In this document: positions 43,457 through 48,599 of the stretch, one piece after another
Position numbering within the stretch: position 1 is the first letter of the stretch
Layout of the letters: each line of letters opens with the position of its first letter
Assembly: GCA_013043565.1 (NCBI GenBank)
Contig: JABDNZ010000169.1
Span: forward strand, 1 to 48,599
Reading direction: 5' to 3'
DNA length: 48,599 bases
Source of the DNA: Gemmatimonadota bacterium
Lineage (GTDB): Bacteria; Gemmatimonadota; Gemmatimonadetes; Longimicrobiales; Gaopeijiaceae
Notes under the pieces: generated by a model
What the model saw: the letters and a program-made list of their open reading frames with translations, nothing else
What the model was told of the DNA's origin: nothing
Databases searched by the model: none
Made by a program: the position numbers and the translations under genes

Positions 43457-46276
43457 ATGGGAGGTCCTCTCCCTCACTCTTGCCTTCGTCGGCTTCTCAC
43501 GTGTGCTTTGATGGCATTCTCAGGCCTCGCGGCCCAGCCGGCCGAAGCCCAAACAGGTCCCTTCGACGTCAGGGGCGTGGTAACCGATCCCGAGGGGAAC
43601 GGCCTTCAGGGAGCCATGGTGGTGGCCTTGGCCCTTCCCGATTCCGTCCTCACGAAGTATGCCCTCTCAGGAGGTGACGGAGGCTTCACGCTCAGCCGGG
43701 TCCCAGTGGGGGAGTACCTCCTCCAGGTGACCTTCATCGGGTACAGCCTCTTCCGGGAGGGCCTCTCCGTCACCAATGCCGACGTGGACGCTGGGACGCT
43801 GAACCTGAGCCTGGCGCCGGTAGGCATGGACACGCTGTTTGTAAGCCCGGAACACATCCCCTTCGTGAACCGGCGCGACACCCTGGACTATAACGTCCTG
43901 GCTTTCCCCACCCGACCCAATGCCACGGTCGAAGACCTCCTCAAAAGGCTGCCGGGCATCGAGGTCGACCCCGATGGGTCCATCAAGGCCCAGGGCGAGG
44001 ATGTCCAGAAGGTCCTGGTGGAGGGGAAGGAGTTCTTCGGGAGTGATCCCACCATCGCCACCCGGAATCTCCCCGCTCAGGCCGTGGATCGGGTCCAGGT
44101 CTATGACAAGCAGTCCGACATGGCCGAATTCACGGGCATTCCCGACGGAGAAGAGGAGAGGGTCATAGACCTGGCTCTCAACGACGAAGCCCGAGATGGT
44201 CATTTCGGCAGGCTGGCGGGAGGGCTGGGAGCGGACGGCCACAGCTACGGTGTCGCGGACGCCGAGTACGAACCGGAGGTCCGCCACAATGAAACCCTGA
44301 GCCTCAATCGGTTCACGCCCACCACCCAGCTCGCTGCCGTGGGGAACATCAACAACACGAACCAGGCTGGGTTTGCCGGTGCGGACCTCAAACTTTTCCA
44401 GGGTGGAGGGGTCGCCGCCAGGGGAGACGGAGGGGGGCCAGTGGGAGGGAACCGGCAGGGGTTCACTGAATCCCTGGCGGTGGGGGTGAATGCCAGTCGC
44501 GACTTCGGAGCAGAAAACTGGATCAGGAGCAGCTATTTCCTAAGCAGCCTGGACAACCTCAGGAACAGCACGGTCCAACAGCAGCAGCTTCTGGGCAACC
44601 AGGTCTCCTCTCTGTCGGACCAGGTAACCAATCAGACCACCGACAATCTCGCCCACAGGCTGGACCTGAACGCCCAGTACACTTTTTCGGAAGGGCACGA
44701 CATGAGGTTCAGGGGTGGCCTCACGTCCAACTCATCGACCATCGAGAACGCATCTGTTCAGAATACTCAGGACGTGGACGGAAACATCTTGAACCAGGCG
44801 GAGATCACCAACGCAACGGAGGGAAACAGCCTGGAGGGGAATGGCCGCCTGACCTGGCGAAAGAAGCTGGATGAGAGTGGTCGAACCCTCGTAGCAGAGG
44901 GTTGGGGGAATCTCAGCCGGCCCGATGTGACCAGCGAGCTCATGTCCAACACGGGAACGCTGGACAAATCGGGCGATTTCAGGTACCAAGAGGTCGTCCA
45001 GAAACAGACCCGGGACGGCCAACGATTCGGACAGGGCCAACGCCTCTCACTCACCCAACCCTTTGGCACCGGATACAACCTGGAGCTCTTCGGTCAGCGA
45101 AGGGCCGTGGACGAAGACGAAAACAAGGAAGTGAATGATATCCGGGAGACTGGGCCGGTTTTCAACGACCTTCTGAGCTCAGAATTCGAACGGACCTACA
45201 CCTATTACCAGGGTGGCCTGCGGTTCAACCGTAACAAACCCGATTCCTGGCTGGTTCTCGGGCTCCAGGTCCAGAAATCGAACCTGGACGGAAAGATCCT
45301 GGATCGGGACGAACAGATCGAGAACGGGTATACCCACGTCCTCCCTTCTCTGAATTACCGATACCAGTTCAAGCCAGGAACCAACCTGAACTTCAATTAT
45401 CGGGCTACGACCAGGGAGCCCACGCTAACCGAGCTCCAGCCATTCACCGACAACTCGAACCCCCTCAGCATCTATGTGGGGAATCCCGACCTTACCCCGG
45501 AATACACACATTCCCTGAGAGGGGAGTACCGGTATTTCGACATGTTCAGCTTCGTGAACCTGTTCACGTACTTCAACGTGTCGTATACAACCGACGATAT
45601 CGTCCCCTCACGGATCGTTGACGAATCAGGCCTCCAGGAACTCAGCCCCATCAACTCCGGGAAGTCCTGGACGGCGACCTCGGGCGTGAACTTCGGCCGG
45701 CCCATCCGGACGATCGGCGCTCGGACCCAGCTCGACTACAGTATCACCTACTCGAAAGGGTCGGAGTTCATCAACCAGGCCGAGAACGAGAGCCGGATCC
45801 TGGGCCATCGCGTGAACCTGAGCCTGGAAAACCGGGACAAGGAGCTCTTCGATATTCGGGCGGGGACGAGGTTCAACCTCAACGATGTCGAGTACTCTCT
45901 GAACGAGGAGCTTAACCAGGATTACGTCACCAGTGTCTACTACGCCAGTGGGAGCTGGTATCTGGGAGAGTTCTGGACCTTCACCTCCACGCTCAACTGG
46001 CAACGATTCGATGAGGACGTTTTCGGGCCGGGGCAGAACGTGGCTCTGCTTAACGCCTCCATCTCCCGGCTGGTCATGGACGAGCGGGTCGAGGTCGAGC
46101 TCATCGGGTTCGACCTATTGAACCAGAATCAAAGCGTGGCCTTCAACTCCACGGCCAGCTTCATCCAGGAAACCCGGGTGGAGTCCCTGGGGCGTTACGT
46201 GATGCTGAGGTTCAACTACAAGCTGGGTTTGTCGGCGGGCTTGCCCGCGGGCCGAAAAGCCTCGCCTAGAAAATGA
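43457..46276 (+). CDS. outer-membrane beta-barrel / TonB-dependent-receptor-like protein with CarboxypepD_reg domain
   Basis: 939 aa. CarboxypepD_reg segment VRGVVTDPEGNGLQGAMVVAL..GEYLLQVTFIGYS and plug-like TVEDLLKRLPGIEVDPDGSIKAQGEDVQKVLVEGKEFFG, followed by a long barrel. The start overlaps the GLPGLI stop (TAGATG). Confidence 0.8.
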   Translation: MGGPLPHSCLRRLLTCALMAFSGLAAQPAEAQTGPFDVRGVVTDPEGNGLQGAMVVALALPDSVLTKYALSGGDGGFTLSRVPVGEYLLQVTFIGYSLFREGLSVTNADVDAGTLNLSLAPVGMDTLFVSPEHIPFVNRRDTLDYNVLAFPTRPNATVEDLLKRLPGIEVDPDGSIKAQGEDVQKVLVEGKEFFGSDPTIATRNLPAQAVDRVQVYDKQSDMAEFTGIPDGEEERVIDLALNDEARDGHFGRLAGGLGADGHSYGVADAEYEPEVRHNETLSLNRFTPTTQLAAVGNINNTNQAGFAGADLKLFQGGGVAARGDGGGPVGGNRQGFTESLAVGVNASRDFGAENWIRSSYFLSSLDNLRNSTVQQQQLLGNQVSSLSDQVTNQTTDNLAHRLDLNAQYTFSEGHDMRFRGGLTSNSSTIENASVQNTQDVDGNILNQAEITNATEGNSLEGNGRLTWRKKLDESGRTLVAEGWGNLSRPDVTSELMSNTGTLDKSGDFRYQEVVQKQTRDGQRFGQGQRLSLTQPFGTGYNLELFGQRRAVDEDENKEVNDIRETGPVFNDLLSSEFERTYTYYQGGLRFNRNKPDSWLVLGLQVQKSNLDGKILDRDEQIENGYTHVLPSLNYRYQFKPGTNLNFNYRATTREPTLTELQPFTDNSNPLSIYVGNPDLTPEYTHSLRGEYRYFDMFSFVNLFTYFNVSYTTDDIVPSRIVDESGLQELSPINSGKSWTATSGVNFGRPIRTIGARTQLDYSITYSKGSEFINQAENESRILGHRVNLSLENRDKELFDIRAGTRFNLNDVEYSLNEELNQDYVTSVYYASGSWYLGEFWTFTSTLNWQRFDEDVFGPGQNVALLNASISRLVMDERVEVELIGFDLLNQNQSVAFNSTASFIQETRVESLGRYVMLRFNYKLGLSAGLPAGRKASPRK

Positions 46277-46814
46277 AGACGTCCTCGATCACATGCACCA
46301 CGCCGTTGGAGGCATCCACGGTAGCCAGGATCTTCGATCCATTCACGTAGGTGCCGTCTTCGCGGACCTCAACGTCGACGTAGTGTCCGGTGGCCATGTA
46401 CAGCTGGCTGCCATCCTTGAGCAGATCCCCAGCATAGGTGCCGGGTGAGGCATGTCCCGTGATGATGCTCCGCAGAGAAGACTTGTTCTCTGGCTTCAGG
46501 AGGTCTTCAACCGTGCCCGGAGGTAGTTTTTCGAACGCGGCGTTGTTGGGGGCAAAAACCGTCAGCGGACCGGGGTTCACCAGCACGTCTTCCAGCTCGG
46601 CGGCCTGAACGGCGGCGACCAGGGTGCTGTGGTCGTCGGATCCGATGGCAATCTGAAGGATGTTTGCATCGCTGACGTCATCCTTCACTCCTGATTGTCC
46701 ATGATTCGAAGCGAAGACGTCGGCTTCATCAGCGGCAGCCCTGGTTTCCGAGTCACATGAAGCCAGCGCGAACACGGCCAGAAGCACGATCCCGGAATAC
46801 CGGAGACCGGTCAT
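46266..46814 (-). CDS. fasciclin (FAS1) domain lipoprotein
   Basis: Lipobox ALASC. LTVFAPNNAAFEKLPPGTVEDLL and NGVVHVIEDV motifs. Its 3' end overlaps the convergent barrel gene by 11 nt. Confidence 0.85.
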   Translation of the reverse strand: MTGLRYSGIVLLAVFALASCDSETRAAADEADVFASNHGQSGVKDDVSDANILQIAIGSDDHSTLVAAVQAAELEDVLVNPGPLTVFAPNNAAFEKLPPGTVEDLLKPENKSSLRSIITGHASPGTYAGDLLKDGSQLYMATGHYVDVEVREDGTYVNGSKILATVDASNGVVHVIEDVFIF

Positions 46815-46933
46815 GGGGCACCTCCTTTTGGATGGGTGTATACGCTGATGTTAACTCAAATACCAAGTTGCGCAAAAGTTTTGTGGAGAAAAGTTTCCGG
46901 CGCTTGCCAAACCCCGGCGGTGAAATCGGCGGC

Positions 46934-47257
46934 TCAGTTCTTCTTTTTCGGCTTTGGAGCCGGCAACTCGGCGGCCGTAATCCTCACAAGCTCACTCAAC
47001 CATTCCGCATCCTCGATCTTGTCTTCGATCAAGAAGCTGGGCTTCGCCCCCGGGTAGGCCGGCGCCTCGATCGGATCCTGGATGAAAGCACGTCCAGCGT
47101 CCGTCGGCTTGATGAACAACCGGTTGTCGCAGATCACACCGAAAAACTTCCCGTTGGAGTAGAGGCCGTACTCCCCGAACATCTTCCTCTGGGACCCGCC
47201 CAAGTCCGCGTGAGGTTGGTCGAGGACGTACTCAACAATACTCGGATCAGAAGCCAT
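46934..47257 (-). CDS. TfoX N-terminal domain protein
   Basis: 107 aa. RKMFGEYGLYSNGKFFGVICDNRLFIKP is the TfoX_N signature. GGAAGGAG RBS. Lys-rich tail. Confidence 0.75.
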   Translation of the reverse strand: MASDPSIVEYVLDQPHADLGGSQRKMFGEYGLYSNGKFFGVICDNRLFIKPTDAGRAFIQDPIEAPAYPGAKPSFLIEDKIEDAEWLSELVRITAAELPAPKPKKKN

Positions 47258-47327
47258 TTCGGACCATCTCCTTCCAAAAAAGCTATGCTTGCCACCTGTT
47301 CTTCATCCCGCCCAAGTCCGCGGGTGG

Positions 47328-48599
47328 TCAGTACAACAACACCTTCATCGGAAGGGGCATCGGACTCATAAGCTTGAAGATCGGGACGAGAGGCTGACTT
47401 CCTCCCTGCCCCCCCACCCGCGGAAGGATGGCGTCCATGGCGTTCCAACGAACCACACTGTCGTTCGTCTCAGGCTCCAGGAGATGGGCGGCCACTCGCC
47501 CCATGACCTGTCCCGTCCGGATGATTAACGCTCCTTTGGGGAACATGCGCGCCTGAGTCACCGGTTCATCTGCCAGTTCAACCGTCACTGCGGCTGGGTG
47601 ATCGTACTCGGCGTTGTGTTCGATTCCCTCCAGGACGTAGGCCTCAACCTCAATCTCCATGTCTTCCTGCAAGACTTCGATGAGAACATTCTGGTTCTTG
47701 AGCATATCCAGGGCATTGATGGCCCTGGGCTCGAGAATATAGGCATACGGTCGCTTCCGTTCCTTCAGGACCACCGATTTTTTCAGGAGCTTCCCGGTCA
47801 CGGGAACGAGGGTGGGATTGTCCCGGGGCCCAGATGCGAAGTCATACTCCACCTCCCAATCCTCCAGTCCGTATTCCACTTGAACCGGTATCATTCCTTC
47901 GGCGTTCTGGCCCATGCGGACGGTCTCGAACCGCGAACCGTTCACCACTTCGAAAAGCCGATCCTCGTTCTCTACAGCGTATTGAAGGACGGCCTTGAAG
48001 GAGACCAGGCCCGTGAGGGCGCCGGTTTGGCGATCCTGCCTGGGCGATTCGAAGAGGATACCCACGTTGTTGATAAAGGCGGCGTAGTTTCTGCTGATGC
48101 GTGGATCGAACCCACCACCTGTCCAGACCGTGCTGTCCTGCCTGGTGGCGCCGGAGTACCAGAAGGAGCGGTATCCGGCTTCTTCGTTCTTCTGGTCGAC
48201 AAAGGGGAAGATCTCGAAGTCGCACAGATCGGTGATTCTCGGATCGGGCGTGGCGTGGCTGTTGGCTTGATAGGTGATGTTGTAGGGGAAGGAACCTCCG
48301 TTGTGGCCATCCACCGAGATATGGGGCCGCCACCGGTGCAGGAGGTTCTGGACCAGGTTCTTCGTCTCGGGGGTCTCCAGCTTCATATAGTCCCGGTTCA
48401 GATCCACCCCGCGGGCGTTACCTCGCGTGGATCTCTCGAATCCGTCCAGATTCACCGAAGGAGCCACCAGAACCACGAGATCGTCCAGCAGTTTGTTGGC
48501 TTCCGTTCCTGGGGTAGCCAACTCCCTGATCAACAAAAGACTCGATTCCCTCAGCGTTTTTTCGCCCCCGTGGACGTTGCAGTAAATGAGTACGATGGG
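47328..48599 (-). CDS. M14 family zinc carboxypeptidase (5' end beyond window)
   Basis: The frame is open to the window edge. Zn-ligand motif NVHGGE near 48560 and NLDGFERSTRGNARGVDLNRDY. The track start at 48536 is an internal TTG. Confidence 0.8.
   Translation of the reverse strand, partial: PIVLIYCNVHGGEKTLRESSLLLIRELATPGTEANKLLDDLVVLVAPSVNLDGFERSTRGNARGVDLNRDYMKLETPETKNLVQNLLHRWRPHISVDGHNGGSFPYNITYQANSHATPDPRITDLCDFEIFPFVDQKNEEAGYRSFWYSGATRQDSTVWTGGGFDPRISRNYAAFINNVGILFESPRQDRQTGALTGLVSFKAVLQYAVENEDRLFEVVNGSRFETVRMGQNAEGMIPVQVEYGLEDWEVEYDFASGPRDNPTLVPVTGKLLKKSVVLKERKRPYAYILEPRAINALDMLKNQNVLIEVLQEDMEIEVEAYVLEGIEHNAEYDHPAAVTVELADEPVTQARMFPKGALIIRTGQVMGRVAAHLLEPETNDSVVRWNAMDAILPRVGGQGGSQPLVPIFKLMSPMPLPMKVLLY

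Noticed and set aside
46815-46933. Looked for the TGCATCC-N17-CGAAC motif upstream of the second FAS1 gene.
   Set aside because: It is absent. The only CCATCC lies immediately before the RBS. A sigma70-like TTGCGC-N16-TAACAT on the minus strand is a more plausible promoter.
1-48599. Scan for CRISPR arrays, tRNA/rRNA genes, IS elements, integrases, toxin-antitoxin pairs, reverse transcriptases and classical defence genes.
   Set aside because: No intergenic gap exceeds ~390 nt, and no spaced direct repeats or cloverleaf-like segments were seen in the gaps. No ORF carries recombinase, transposase, nuclease-ATPase or RT motifs recognisable by eye.

Overview
GC-rich bacterial chromosomal segment (by eye above 60% G+C, not computed). 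It is almost entirely coding, with about 47 protein genes, 2-4 of which look decayed. I recognised no rRNA, tRNA, CRISPR array, integrase, transposase or phage genes. The gene content includes a GLPGLI protein next to a CarboxypepD_reg-type outer-membrane barrel, many lipoproteins, 6-bladed beta-propellers and two ECF sigma/anti-sigma pairs. This suggests a Gemmatimonadota/Rhodothermota/FCB-like Gram-negative organism (inference, low confidence). Gene blocks in order: (1) 39-5883, M20 peptidase / AbgT transporter / gamma-glutamyltransferase / malonyl-CoA decarboxylase. (2) 6130-8363, a multiply disrupted FGE-sulfatase-fold + alpha/beta-hydrolase gene. (3) 8753-11941, a DAACS transporter plus two tandem COG2309 (aminopeptidase T / NicX-like) paralogs. 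(4) 14974-17283, a His/Glu-rich TonB-dependent receptor. (5) 17297-20620, a minus-strand string of membrane proteins, a glutaminyl cyclase and a zinc-ribbon protein. (6) 20846-23914, a methyltransferase / flavin oxidoreductase / type III PKS operon. (7) 23932-26712, a SigK/RskA-like ECF pair divergent from a double-FAS1 protein. (8) 26844-30213, a serine hydrolase plus an ECF sigma / ZAS-HEAT anti-sigma / DUF4097 trio. (9) 30243-35707, a PD40 protein, an ABC-2 exporter, a beta-propeller and a PH-like membrane protein. (10) 37202-42417, an eight-gene minus-strand string. It holds two tandem uncharacterised membrane-protein paralogs, an N-terminally truncated APH(3')-like kinase, two tiny membrane proteins and a frameshifted MBL hydrolase. 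(11) 42668-48599, GLPGLI plus an outer-membrane barrel, a FAS1 lipoprotein, TfoX and an M14 carboxypeptidase. The most noteworthy observation is a mirror-image pair of identical ECF-type promoter motifs sharing a palindrome between the sigma operon and the FAS1 gene. Others are the uncharacterised tandem paralog module, the type III PKS lipid-type operon, and an unusual density of decayed genes. No canonical defence or mobile system is visible. All functional calls rest on motifs read by eye and recollection of protein families, not on database searches.
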